DNA of 64,000 nt, taken from positions 1,220 to 65,219 of the forward strand of contig JAUXIJ010000007.1 of assembly GCA_030621085.1 (NCBI GenBank), read 5' to 3'. Below, piece after piece: positions 1-10,200 of this stretch (position 1 is the first letter of the stretch; every line of letters begins with the position of its first letter). The position numbers and the translations under genes are program-made. This DNA is from Candidatus Cloacimonadota bacterium. Its GTDB lineage: Bacteria > Cloacimonadota > Cloacimonadia > Cloacimonadales > TCS61. Under the pieces are notes generated by a model. That model searched no databases, had not been told where the DNA came from, and saw only the letters and a program-made list of their open reading frames with translations.

Positions 1-157
1 TACTGCGTATAACACAGCATATACGTTGTGGGCAATTGTCCCACCTTCTGTGAGAATGATTCTTAGTGTAAAGAACCACCATCCGTGGCGGTAATATTTA
101 TTAACACTAAAAACTCTAGGAATTTTAAAGAATTAAATTTGGAGTATCAAGATTAAA

Positions 158-3100
158 TTGAAACCTTCAAGAAATGCTTTGTTTGGCTATTCATATCAAA
201 AGAATGTAACACTATTTCTTTTAACAAAGATGGATGTAGAACGAGAAATTGAAAAGATTGAAATTGAGACAGATGTTAACCATAATTTTGATGATGCGAA
301 AATAACTATAAATAATGAAGAAATATATTGTCAAATGAAGGATTACAATGATGTATCATTGAAAGATTTAAGAATTGATAAAAAAAGTGTCTTTATAAAA
401 AGCAATAGACATGTGCTTTCGAAAGGTACCAATATTCTTTTTTTCAAAAACATTGAAATCATTAATAGCTCAGAGATACTTGGCATACCGGCTCAAAAAG
501 AAGGAAATGTTTATATTGTATCATTATCACGCATAGATATTTCAGATAAAATAGAAGTAATTTATATCCGTAATGAAAAAAGAATAAATAAAATTTCTCG
601 ATTTTTTGAAAATTGTTTTGATAAACGGAAAATAATAATTCATAGGAAAGATCTTCCTCCTATCGATATTTTTAGTACTGAGCTATTAGAACCAACTATC
701 AATACGGGGAAGTATCATCTTGAAATTGAGAATCTATTACTAATAGAAGGGAAACCTGGGATAGGGAAAAGTCATTTAGTAAATATCCTACAAGATGAAT
801 ATAAAAATAACTTATTATACCGTTTTTGGGTTTCAAACCAAGATAGGGACAATAAAGAACGTTTAATATATGATAATTTCATTTCGAATATATCTAAAGA
901 AATATTCCGTGATTTTGTTTATCGTTCAGATGAAGAAATTATTCAAAAGCTATGTGATGATGAAAAAATGGTTATTATTGATGGATTTGATCATATCGAA
1001 AACTATAATAATGAAGAACTTGAAAGATATATTATATTTATAGAAAAAATGAAAGATAAATGTAAAACTATAGTGCTGTCACGTCCTTTAAAGAGTCAAC
1101 TGAAATGGACGAAACAAATACTTGAAAATTGGACGAAAGACCAAACTTATAAAGTGTTAGATGAATTATATCATATTACACACTATAGCATCCGAAAAAA
1201 GATATTCAATTTAACAATGGGATATCCAATTTTAGTACGGTATATTGCTGAACATTTTAAAATATTTAAAAATCTACCCAAATTGAGTCAGTTAGAAGGT
1301 ATTGAGGATTATTATGAAAAACTTTTAGAAAAGGTGAATACAAAAAGCGCTCTTTCTTTATTTATATCATTACGTTCATTTATTATGAAATCTGAGATCC
1401 AAGAATTTTTGGAGGATGAATTTGTTCGCGTTGTTGAAGAATTTATTACTTCTCATCCTTATTTATTTGAGATTAGATTAAATAGAATAACAATATTCCA
1501 TGATAGCTTTAATACCTTTTTAAGAAATCAAGGCATTGATAATTCTAAAAGGATAATCAAAGTAAATCAAATAGTATTTCAATCCATAATGAATGAAGAG
1601 AAGAGATATTTATCGCGGTTTTCTTATTTTGATTTTGAACACGATATGAAGTTGAACATAATAAAAAAGTATACATCTATGGATGTTTTTAAAATAATCG
1701 CAAAAGATGCATTGGATTTCGAAGCAATACGTTCATTTTACTTTCAGATAAGAGAATCTTTGAATGAATTACACCCTGATGAATTAGAAGTGAGTAATTA
1801 TTATAATCTTGCACTAATTATAAATATCTTGAACAGGGATCATGTTTCCTATATAAATAGCTTTTTATATATTTATGTTAATAGTTTATTATTAAATGGA
1901 TTTAATGAAGAAGATGTTACAAGTTCAGAGTACTTGTTCGCAATGCTCTATTATATAAGATGCAATGATATGTCAATGTTGCATAATGTAACACGAAATA
2001 ATCATTACAGTACGAATAATTATTATAAAAAGCTTAAGACTGATACTCGATATGAAGATCATTATTTTCAGATTCATCAAAATCCGATTGAATTAACTCA
2101 AGAGATCAGTGATATTTTTAGCAATAAAATTAATTATAAATCCCAAGACTTGATAACCCATATTCTGGTAAATGTTTATCTTCATGGAACTGAAATTAGT
2201 GAATTCATCCCATTTCATAGAGCTATAGTAAAATATATCGAATCTGATAAAATGGAAGGTATCTTAGAATTAAAGAAAATTTTATATAGACACGATATTT
2301 CATCACACGTAGGAAGTATTTTAATTGCAAAAGCATACAATGTAATTAAATCTTTGGGGGAATGTGATCAATCTAACGAATACCGTAAATTGAGTTTACA
2401 TGATTACATTCTAAAATACAGCCATATTGGATCATTCAAAATGTGGGTTGAAGTATTAAATTATATACGTTTATCAATGCATGAAAAGAGAGAAATTGAT
2501 TTATCAAGTATTGGTTTATTTTGGTCGATGTATCATGAAAGAAAAGATTATTCTGTTGTTAATATGGATGTTGCTCTAACAGCATTTGAAGAAAAAAATC
2601 TTATTAGTGAAGAAGAATCATGCAAATTAATAGTATATACGCAGAGTATATCAGAAAAGGGTATTAGATACTTGTTTAATAGCTATATTGAACTTCATTC
2701 TCCAGATATTATTTCTACTATTATTGAAAATTTTGAAATGAATGATTTACAAATAAAATGGTTTGACTTACCAACACGATATATTGATTTTTTTCCACAC
2801 AATCTATTTAATTATGCAATAGACGAGTTATTAAGATATAACTCATACTCTCGAAGTATAAGTTTTAGAGATATTGAGAATTGTCTTCACTCTAACAAAT
2901 GGGAAGAGATTGTCCAAATTTTTAAAACGGTAGGATTTACTATTACTTCATCTGACTCACACCCTTTAATTGATGAATTAAAAAAATATGATATTATCTT
3001 AAAGATAGGACATAATAAAGATGATGACTCAAAATATAAAAAGGATAGTAATGAAAGATATAACCAAGGTATTGTAGATTCCGATGATATCGAATTTATT

Positions 3101-3409
3101 AAAGAGAGAAATATCTCAATAAAAGAGATTTCCGGTTACACTGATGGTAATTACTCTGTTTTATCGGATTTATATATTTATAAAATATATGAAAAAGAAG
3201 ATGTGAGAAAAAATATCCATACTATTTTATATAATGCAATCCTGGGTAAAATTAGAAATATAAATATGTTTAGTAATTTATACTACTTTGTTGGAAATCT
3301 GCCAAGATTTTTAATTAATTATAGTATAAATGAGAACTTCAATGAGCTGTTTAATAGCTTCATGAGTTTTTTGGAAATATCTTTGCTAACAGAAAAAGAA
3401 AAAAATTAA
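158..3409 (+). CDS. STAND/NACHT-like P-loop NTPase with N-terminal PD-(D/E)xK (Cap4/DUF4297-like) nuclease domain and long helical C-terminal region; candidate antiviral STAND (Avs/bNACHT-like) defence protein
   Basis: 1083-aa ORF. Walker A GKPGIGKS (aa 198-205, nt 749-772), Walker B-like MVIIDGFDH, NACHT-style TIVLSRP. N-terminus GYSYQ...FDDAK...CQMKD fits a D-x(n)-(E/Q)xK nuclease core. About 750 aa of helical C-terminus. A 60-nt sample at the gene start is 17/60 GC, against 27/60 at the start of the xdh gene. Confidence 0.6.
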   Translation: MKPSRNALFGYSYQKNVTLFLLTKMDVEREIEKIEIETDVNHNFDDAKITINNEEIYCQMKDYNDVSLKDLRIDKKSVFIKSNRHVLSKGTNILFFKNIEIINSSEILGIPAQKEGNVYIVSLSRIDISDKIEVIYIRNEKRINKISRFFENCFDKRKIIIHRKDLPPIDIFSTELLEPTINTGKYHLEIENLLLIEGKPGIGKSHLVNILQDEYKNNLLYRFWVSNQDRDNKERLIYDNFISNISKEIFRDFVYRSDEEIIQKLCDDEKMVIIDGFDHIENYNNEELERYIIFIEKMKDKCKTIVLSRPLKSQLKWTKQILENWTKDQTYKVLDELYHITHYSIRKKIFNLTMGYPILVRYIAEHFKIFKNLPKLSQLEGIEDYYEKLLEKVNTKSALSLFISLRSFIMKSEIQEFLEDEFVRVVEEFITSHPYLFEIRLNRITIFHDSFNTFLRNQGIDNSKRIIKVNQIVFQSIMNEEKRYLSRFSYFDFEHDMKLNIIKKYTSMDVFKIIAKDALDFEAIRSFYFQIRESLNELHPDELEVSNYYNLALIINILNRDHVSYINSFLYIYVNSLLLNGFNEEDVTSSEYLFAMLYYIRCNDMSMLHNVTRNNHYSTNNYYKKLKTDTRYEDHYFQIHQNPIELTQEISDIFSNKINYKSQDLITHILVNVYLHGTEISEFIPFHRAIVKYIESDKMEGILELKKILYRHDISSHVGSILIAKAYNVIKSLGECDQSNEYRKLSLHDYILKYSHIGSFKMWVEVLNYIRLSMHEKREIDLSSIGLFWSMYHERKDYSVVNMDVALTAFEEKNLISEEESCKLIVYTQSISEKGIRYLFNSYIELHSPDIISTIIENFEMNDLQIKWFDLPTRYIDFFPHNLFNYAIDELLRYNSYSRSISFRDIENCLHSNKWEEIVQIFKTVGFTITSSDSHPLIDELKKYDIILKIGHNKDDDSKYKKDSNERYNQGIVDSDDIEFIKERNISIKEISGYTDGNYSVLSDLYIYKIYEKEDVRKNIHTILYNAILGKIRNINMFSNLYYFVGNLPRFLINYSINENFNELFNSFMSFLEISLLTEKEKN

Positions 3410-3463
3410 ACTATTATGATGGAAAAGGTATAATATATAATTTATTATAAAATAATATAATTT

Positions 3464-3585
3464 ATCTGCAAAAGCAGGGCTCAGATAAGTTCTGCTTTTT
3501 TAAGTGTAAAAGGCTTAACCTATTTTGTTGTCTAAACGTTCAAGGAGTAACTAGCATTTCTAAACATTAATCCAAAGTTGTAATA
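3464..3585 (+). repeat. Bipartite intergenic repeat, copy 1 (copy 2 at 6834-7010)
   Basis: Segment a (3464-3498, includes the terminator hairpin) and segment b GTCTAAACGTTCAAGGAGTAACTAGCATTTCTAAACATTAATCCAAAGTTGTAATA (3530-3585) recur with few substitutions at 6834-6869 and 6956-7010. Confidence 0.85.
3470..3501 (+). terminator. Rho-independent terminator after the STAND NTPase gene
   Basis: 8-bp stem AAAAGCAG (3470-3477) / CTGCTTTT (3492-3499), 14-nt loop, T-run to 3501; about 60 nt after the stop codon. Confidence 0.6.
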
Positions 3586-3683
3586 TTTTTCTTTAGTGGA
3601 ATCTTTCGAATCCGTAACAAGCGTGAACATTAACCAATATTTTTCTTGTGACAAGAATCGGCTATAGCTTTCTCAACGGCTTT

Positions 3684-4427
3684 TTAACCCTTCATAAGTG
3701 ATTCAAAATAAGCTGGAACCTTTGTTGAAAAGGTCATTTTCTCTTTTGAAAACGGATGAATTATCGTAATGGAAGCTGCATGAAGCGTAAGCCTTTTAAT
3801 GCCCTTTTCCTTTACTCCATACTTCTTGTCGCCAGCCACAGGACAGCCTTTGTCCGCAAGATGGACCCGGATCTGATTTTTCCTGCCTGTAAGCAGGTCT
3901 ATTTCCAGAAGACTGTACTTTGAAGATTCTCTCAGAACTTTATAGCCGGTTTTAGCAAGCTTCCCTTTTTGGGGGTCAGCAACGGAATACATTCTATGAA
4001 CACTGTTTTCTGCCAGGTAGGAAGTAATTACACCCTCCTTATCCGGCATTGTTCCATGTACCAGGGCATAATACTTTTTTTCAAATCCCTGCCACTCTTC
4101 CTGGAGAAAACGCTTAGCTTTCTCATTCTTGGCAAACACGATAACACCGGAAGTATCTCTATCCAGACGATGCACGATAAATACCCGGCTTCTTGATTTC
4201 TGATTCCCTTTACGCACGTATTCATTCAAGAGATAATAAGCTGTATTGTCTCTTACTTTCTCATTACTTACTGTCAAAAGACCGCTCACCTTATCCACAA
4301 CCAGGATATCCCGATCTTCGTAAAGAATCGAAAGCCCTCTCGGCTGATATCTTTTGGGTGGTCTTTTAAATTGTTTCTGATTTTCCTGGATAATGTTTAC
4401 CTTAACCTTCAGTACCTGGTTGGGCAA
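3684..4427 (-). CDS. RluA-family pseudouridine synthase
   Basis: 247-aa ORF with catalytic-Asp motif HRLDRDTSG and typical RluA-family length. Confidence 0.85.
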   Translation of the reverse strand: MPNQVLKVKVNIIQENQKQFKRPPKRYQPRGLSILYEDRDILVVDKVSGLLTVSNEKVRDNTAYYLLNEYVRKGNQKSRSRVFIVHRLDRDTSGVIVFAKNEKAKRFLQEEWQGFEKKYYALVHGTMPDKEGVITSYLAENSVHRMYSVADPQKGKLAKTGYKVLRESSKYSLLEIDLLTGRKNQIRVHLADKGCPVAGDKKYGVKEKGIKRLTLHAASITIIHPFSKEKMTFSTKVPAYFESLMKG

Positions 4428-4815
4428 ATATCTCTTGGATAGATTCTTTATTTAGAGTTATAAGCGTGAAGACACCGAGGACTGTGCCAAAAGGCATGAA
4501 CATACATTCAATTCCTGCAACGACCATGCAAAAAACTCTGTTTTTACACTTTTTCAGTTTTTCCCCGGCAACGATCATACACACTGCAATACTCAAGCCC
4601 AGCACAATGAACACTGCTCCCAAGATCACAAAAAACCATCCAATGAAAGGGGGTGGTTCGATACCATTGCTCTCATTAAAGAATTTCCCGGAAACCATGG
4701 ACAGACCTATGATCACATGTATAATCGGCAGGCATGAGAACAAGGCTGTGATTCCACCGACTATGTAGTGAAACATCGATAACAGGTCCAGATGCCTAAT
4801 GTCTTCATTATTCAT
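4402..4815 (-). CDS. small integral membrane protein, function unknown
   Basis: 137-aa ORF with 3-4 hydrophobic helices; overlaps the downstream rluA-like start by 26 nt (likely co-transcribed). Confidence 0.6.
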   Translation of the reverse strand: MNNEDIRHLDLLSMFHYIVGGITALFSCLPIIHVIIGLSMVSGKFFNESNGIEPPPFIGWFFVILGAVFIVLGLSIAVCMIVAGEKLKKCKNRVFCMVVAGIECMFMPFGTVLGVFTLITLNKESIQEIFAQPGTEG

Positions 4816-4927
4816 AATACAGTCCTTTATTCACTTTTTATCTTATTACATAAAAGTTATTTATAAATTCAAAAGTCAAGTGTATTAATATTATTCATCG
4901 TGAAAGTATAGAAAATTATTTTAGTTT

Positions 4928-5278
4928 GAAATGCGTTCCTTTTTCTTAAAATCGGCATAATATAAATTGCGTTAAGAAATTGGTAATAAGTAAGCGTTAG
5001 GAAAAATCTTCTGTTTGAGTAGTTTTCTAATTTCTTTCATAGATTCTACTTAGAAAACAACGAGTTAAGATTTTTTAGTGGCTTTTACTAATTTTAGTAA
5101 TTTATATTATGCCGGGAGTTTTTCTTTGTTTCGTTTCTTTTGTCGGTACAAAAGAAATGAAGATTAATGCTTACTAGCCTCTGGTTTGAAAATCCTTTTT
5201 ATTATTCTTCAAAATGAAAAGAATACAATGACTTTGAAATTTTTTCAGTGAATGCCAAATTATTGAAAATAATTGACA
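4928..5278 (+). repeat. R1 copy 1: roughly 350-bp structured non-coding repeat (copy 2 at 54278-54625, same orientation)
   Basis: Aligns end to end with 54278-54625 with scattered substitutions. Internal hairpins GTTTTCTAA (5022-5030)/TTAGAAAAC (5050-5058) and TTTCTTTTG (5134-5142)/CAAAAGAAA (5149-5157). Perfect 16-bp inverted repeat CGGCATAATATAAATT (4953-4968)/(5099-5114). No ORF is conserved between copies. Confidence 0.85.
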
Positions 5279-5484
5279 TTATATAATGAAACTGTGTCCG
5301 GTAGATACTGGATTAAGACGACAAAAAACACTCTATTAGCAAAACCCATTTCAATCATAGATAATTGATAATAATAAAGAGAAGATAATCCAATTTGACG
5401 TTTATTGGTAGATTATTTGTTAGCTTTTTACGTTTTTAGGGAGGTAATGTTTTTATTTCTTTGTTTCTTTCCGCATGGATTTTC

Positions 5485-5537
5485 TTACGGAAAAATATTC
5501 AGTTAAATTTCCGTAAAAATATCTTTACGGAAAAATA
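5485..5537 (+). promoter_or_regulatory. putative operator array upstream of the fic gene
   Basis: TTACGGAAAAATA at 5485-5497 and 5525-5537 (exactly 40 bp apart). The inverted half-site TTTCCGTAA lies at 5508-5516 between them, forming two overlapping palindromes. The array is 42 nt upstream of the fic start. Confidence 0.45.
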
Positions 5538-5578
5538 ACTCCTGATTTTATTGTTCCCAATATTGAATTGGAGTGATA

Positions 5579-6718
5579 ATGAATTTAGATAAATTTATAT
5601 CGGGAACTTATAAGCAACAATATAAATATGAGTGTTTTTACCCTAACATGATTAATCAAAACTGGTGTTGGGATAATCCCCAATTAAATGTTTTGATTGA
5701 AAATGCTGTTCGTAAATTGGGTGAGTTAAATGCATATTCCTTAATAGTACCTAATGTTGATCTGTTTATTAAAATGCATATATTAAAAGAAGCCAACACA
5801 TCAAGCAGAATTGAAGGTACAAGGACAGAAATTAATGAAGCTTTAATGCAGCAAAAAGATATAAACCCTGAAAAAAGAGACGACTGGCAAGAGGTTCAAA
5901 ATTATGTAAAAGCGATGAATTTTGCGATTCAGCAACTTGATAAATTACCTTTATCCAACAGGCTTCTAAAAATGACTCATAAGATCTTACTTGAAAATTC
6001 AAGAGGAAAACATAAACATCCAGGAGAATTCCGTAAAAGTCAAAACTGGATCGGTGGATCAAATTTAACTGATGCAGTATTTATACCACCTCATCATGAT
6101 GATATTGCTGAATTAATGTCTGATCTTGAGAATTTCTGGCATAATGAAGATTTACATGTCCCTCATTTGATTAAAATTGCCTTGAGTCATTACCAGTTTG
6201 AGACTATTCATCCATTTCTTGATGGTAATGGTCGTATCGGTCGTCTTCTGATCACACTTTTTCTTGTTAACTTCAGATTACTAACAAAACCAATTCTTTA
6301 TTTATCTGATTATTTTGAGACTCATCGATCTTCTTACTTCGATGCTTTATCAAGAGTCAGAGAGTCAAACGACATGATTCATTGGATCAAATTTTTTCTT
6401 AATGCTGTGATTCATACTTCTGATAAAGGTAAAAAAACTTTTGAAGACATATTAAAATTACGTAATAAGACAGATGCATTTATTTTCAAATCCGGTCGAG
6501 CTTCTAATAATCTAAAATCGATTATTGATCAGTTTTATATAAAACCAGTTATGACTATAAAAGAGATTTCTTCTGTAACAAATTTATCTGACCGAACAAC
6601 TAGAAATTTAATAATTGAATTACTTAATAGGAATATTATTGATGAATCTACTGGAAATCGAAGAAATCGAATTTTTGAATTCAAGAAATATTTAGATTTG
6701 TTTAAAGTTAAAGGCTGA
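5579..6718 (+). CDS. Fic family protein (Fido domain, probable AMPylase or related) with C-terminal wHTH-like region
   Basis: HPFLDGNGRIGRLL matches the Fic motif HxFx(D/E)GNGRxxR. ATG 5579 is preceded by GGAG (5570-5573); the ORF-track start at 5573 is GTG. The gene is AT-rich. Confidence 0.85.
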   Translation: MNLDKFISGTYKQQYKYECFYPNMINQNWCWDNPQLNVLIENAVRKLGELNAYSLIVPNVDLFIKMHILKEANTSSRIEGTRTEINEALMQQKDINPEKRDDWQEVQNYVKAMNFAIQQLDKLPLSNRLLKMTHKILLENSRGKHKHPGEFRKSQNWIGGSNLTDAVFIPPHHDDIAELMSDLENFWHNEDLHVPHLIKIALSHYQFETIHPFLDGNGRIGRLLITLFLVNFRLLTKPILYLSDYFETHRSSYFDALSRVRESNDMIHWIKFFLNAVIHTSDKGKKTFEDILKLRNKTDAFIFKSGRASNNLKSIIDQFYIKPVMTIKEISSVTNLSDRTTRNLIIELLNRNIIDESTGNRRNRIFEFKKYLDLFKVKG

Positions 6719-6833
6719 TTGAATTCTGCTAACAAATGTGCCAGCCTTAAGTGAGAAGAAATCTGAAAGAACGACGGACAAGTAAAACATAATGGACAGT
6801 TTGTAAAAAGGATATAATTTCATGAAATAAATT

Positions 6834-7010
6834 CATCTGCAAAAGCAGGATTCAGATGAGTTCCGCTTTCTTAATTGTTGAAAAATAATTGACATCATTT
6901 AATAATACGAAAAAAATCGTTCGGTGTAAGTATAGAAGGTGCGACTTACTATGAAGTCTAAACGTTCAGGGAGTAACTAACGTTTCTAAACATTGATCCA
7001 AAGTTGAATA
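6834..7010 (+). repeat. Bipartite intergenic repeat, copy 2 (copy 1 at 3464-3585)
   Basis: ATCTGCAAAAGCAGGATTCAGATGAGTTCCGCTTTC (6834-6869) and GTCTAAACGTTCAGGGAGTAACTAACGTTTCTAAACATTGATCCAAAGTTGAATA (6956-7010). The spacer between segments is longer than in copy 1. Confidence 0.85.
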
Positions 7011-7107
7011 ATAAGGGTTTTTCTTTATTATTTATAGAGTGTTTTTGTCATCCTGAGAAATTCTACTTGCTGTTACCTATGAAGGATCTCCACTTATAAT
7101 GAGATTC

Positions 7108-7140
7108 TTCCGTCTTCGCCAAGCTACGACGTGACAGGTC
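7108..7140 (-). repeat. REP-like element (family GACYTGTCACGKCG-N8-CGAAGACGGAA), intergenic copy
   Basis: The reverse complement GACCTGTCACGTCGTAGCTTGGCGAAGACGGAA matches 21149-21181 at 26/33 positions. Confidence 0.6.
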
Positions 7141-7230
7141 GTGAGAAAATTCGTCGAAGATTTCCTCAGAAAGACAGAATTTTTTCATTATGCTAAACCC
7201 TTTTATCATGTTTAAGAAGAAGGATGTGTT

Positions 7231-10200
7231 ATGGATAACGTAATTGGAAAAAGAGTCAGGCGCGTTGACGGCTACGAAAAAGTTACCGGCAAAGCAATTT
7301 ATGGTGACGACCTCAAATTTCCGGGTATGCTCTACGGAGCGGTTCGCTACACAGATATTCCCGCCGGAAAGATCACCAAGCTCGATGTTTCTTATGCAAA
7401 TAAAATGCCCGGTGTAAAAGCGATTGGATTGTACAAAGATGTTCCCGGAGAAAAGAAAGTCGGACCTATCCGCAGGGATTACCTTCCAATTGTAAATGAC
7501 GAAGTTTTTTTTGCGGGAGATGTGATAGCAGTAGTAGTTGCCTTCACAAAAGAACAGGCTTATGCGGCTGTGGATAAAATTGTGGTTGAGTATGAACCCA
7601 TCGAACCCCTTACAGATATTGAAGAAGCTGTAAAACCCGATGCCCGTTTGATCCACCCGGAATACAAAAGTAATGTAGTGAACCATTATCCACTTATTAA
7701 AGGTGATGTGGAAAAAGGTTTTGCCGAATCCGACCGCGTGATCGAAAGGAAATACCGCACGGGATTTGTTGAACATGCCTACATCGAACCTGAATCTGTA
7801 ACAGTTGTACCGGATCATACTACAAAAGGATATAAGGTTTATGGTTCTATTCAAAATTCATTTACCACTCGCAGGGTAGTTGCCATTTTCATGGGATTGA
7901 AACTAAATCAGGTAAATGTATTCGGTTCAACCCTGGGAGGTTCTTTTGGTGGTAAAGATGATATAATTAATAACATTGCCTGCCGGGCTGCCTTGCTTTC
8001 CAAACTAACCGGAAAGCCTGTAAAAATAACCTATACTCGTGAAGATTCTCTCAAAGAAAGTTATAAACGCCATCCCTATATAATGAACTATAAAGTTGGT
8101 TTTAATAACAATGGTAAATTGAAGGCAATGAAGATAAACATCCTGGCAGACAGCGGAGCATATTCTTCGCAAACTTTTTTTGTAACCTGGCGCTCGGTGG
8201 TTCAAGCAACAGGACCCTATGAGATCGAAAATGTTCTTACAGACATAAAAGGAGTTTATACAAATAATACATACACTGCGGCATTCAGGGGATTCGGTTC
8301 ACCGCAGGTTATTTTTGCCCAGGAATCCCTGATAGATGAAATTGCAGATATTTGCGGGATAACACCTTTGGAAATCCGCAAAATAAATGGATTCAAACAG
8401 GGAAGCATCACTGCCAGCGGTCAGAAATTATCGGAACATAAAGTATCTTTGCACCAGGTTATCAGGGAAGCTGTAGAAAAAAGTAATTATAAAGAAAAAT
8501 ACGAACAATATAAAAAAGCGAATGCTGTAAGCAGAAGATACAAATATGGTATCGGGTTATCTTGCAGTTATCGTGGCTGCTCGCTGGGTGCCGAAGGTAC
8601 GGATGCATCCTCTGCCATTGTTTCAGTTCAGGCAGATGGAAGTGTAATCGTATTCACCGGAGTTAACGAAAATGGTCAGGGACTTCGCACCACATTCTGC
8701 CAGGTAACATCTGAAGTGCTGGGAGTTCCGCTCGCTGATATTACGTTCCTGGAACCTCAGACTTCCACTATTACAGATGGTGGTCCCACAGTTGCTTCCC
8801 GCGGTACGATCGTTGGTGGTAATGCCACCATTCAGGCTGCTAACATCGTGAAAGAAAGAATTTTTGAAATTATAAAAGATGACCTCAAGGTTTCTAAATT
8901 GGAAGAAACCGAATGGAAAAATGGATATATTTATCGCAAAGTCAGGAATCCGAAAATAGAACCTGTAAAATTCTCTGAGGCAGCAGAAAAAGCATATTGG
9001 GCAGGAATTAATCTTTCAGCTTACGGCTGGTTTAAGTGTCCCGATGTAAACTGGGATGAAGAGACAGGACAGGGCAATGCTTACTTTACTTATGTTTACG
9101 GCTGCCAGATCGTGGAAACACGCATCGATACGCATACAGGGAAGATCGAGGTGAAGAAGATAACCGCTGCTCACGATGTGGGAAAAGTTATAAATCAATT
9201 GGGTGCGGAAGGACAGGTTTACGGCGGTGTAACGCAGGGAATGGGTTACGGAATATTGGAAGATTTTAATATTCAGAACGGCGAAGTCAAATCGTTGAAC
9301 CTGGATGAGTATCTAATCCCCACCATTAAAGACATCAAAGAGATCGAACCTATCCTGATCGAAAATCCCGATATTTACGGACCATTCGGAGCAAAAGGTA
9401 TAGGTGAGCCCACTCTGGAACTTACCTCAGCAGCTATTAATAATTCACTAAGTTTTGCTCTTGGAAAGCGTTCCTACCAGATTCCCCTAACTCTGGAACA
9501 GACATTCCTGGGAAAAAACCTGCGTAAGCCTGCCCGTCAAAGCGAAGTGGTACATGCTTCAAATAAGAAAAAGAAGATCACTCCCCGTTTAAGTAACATT
9601 AAAACATCCTCACCACCAAGTCTGAAAAAAGCTCTGCAAAAATTAGCAGATGGAAAATTCAAACTTCTTGCCGGGGGAACTGATGTTATTGTTCAGGCAC
9701 GTCATAAAACCGAACCTTTGGATTTGTTAAATATTTTCTCTCTTCCCGAATTGAAAGGTATCAAAGAAACAGGTGATAAAATAACTGTCAGTGCAGCTAC
9801 TACTTTCACGGAAATAATTAATAACGATGTTATCAAGCGTGAATTCCCACTTTTAGTAAAAGCCTGTTCACAGATAGGTTCCACTCAGATAAGAAATCGG
9901 GCAACCATTGGTGGTAACATCGTGAATGCCGCTCCCTGTGCCGATTCCGTTCCTCCTTTGATAGTTTATCAAGCCAACCTGCATTTACGTTCTATGAATG
10001 GAGAACGGAACGTTCCAATTTCTGAATTTATTAAGAAACATTATAAAACTATCATCCAACCTGATGAAATCCTGACTGCGATCACAATTCCCAAGCTTGC
10101 TGATAAAAAATATTATCATAGTTATTATCAACTCGGCAGAAGGAATGCTGTTAATATTACCAGGATGAGTATCAGTGCGATGTTGAGTTTTGATGACAAC

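Noticed and set aside
1-157. Possible 3-prime end of an upstream gene (frame 2 open to about nt 92)
   Set aside because: Only about 30 codons are visible with no recognisable motif, so neither coding status nor function can be supported.
5273-5287. TTGACATTATATAAT, nearly identical to TTGACGTTATATAAA at 59717-59731; considered as a shared promoter for accessory genes
   Set aside because: A 15-mer with one or two mismatches is expected many times by chance in a 64-kb AT-rich sequence. The spacing between the TTGACA and TATAAT words is also too short for a sigma-70-type promoter.
5485-5537. Short repeats considered as a possible CRISPR array, along with other repeat clusters in the window
   Set aside because: There are only three short half-sites, including an inverted one, and no regular repeat-spacer periodicity. 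No CRISPR-like array or cas gene appears anywhere in the window.
7063-7854. 263-aa minus-strand ORF overlapping the start of the XDH Mo-subunit gene
   Set aside because: It is antisense to a strongly supported conserved CDS and has no recognisable motifs. Its 3-prime part translates REP-like repeats (…HDLSRRSLAKTEES…). I judged it a spurious ORF.
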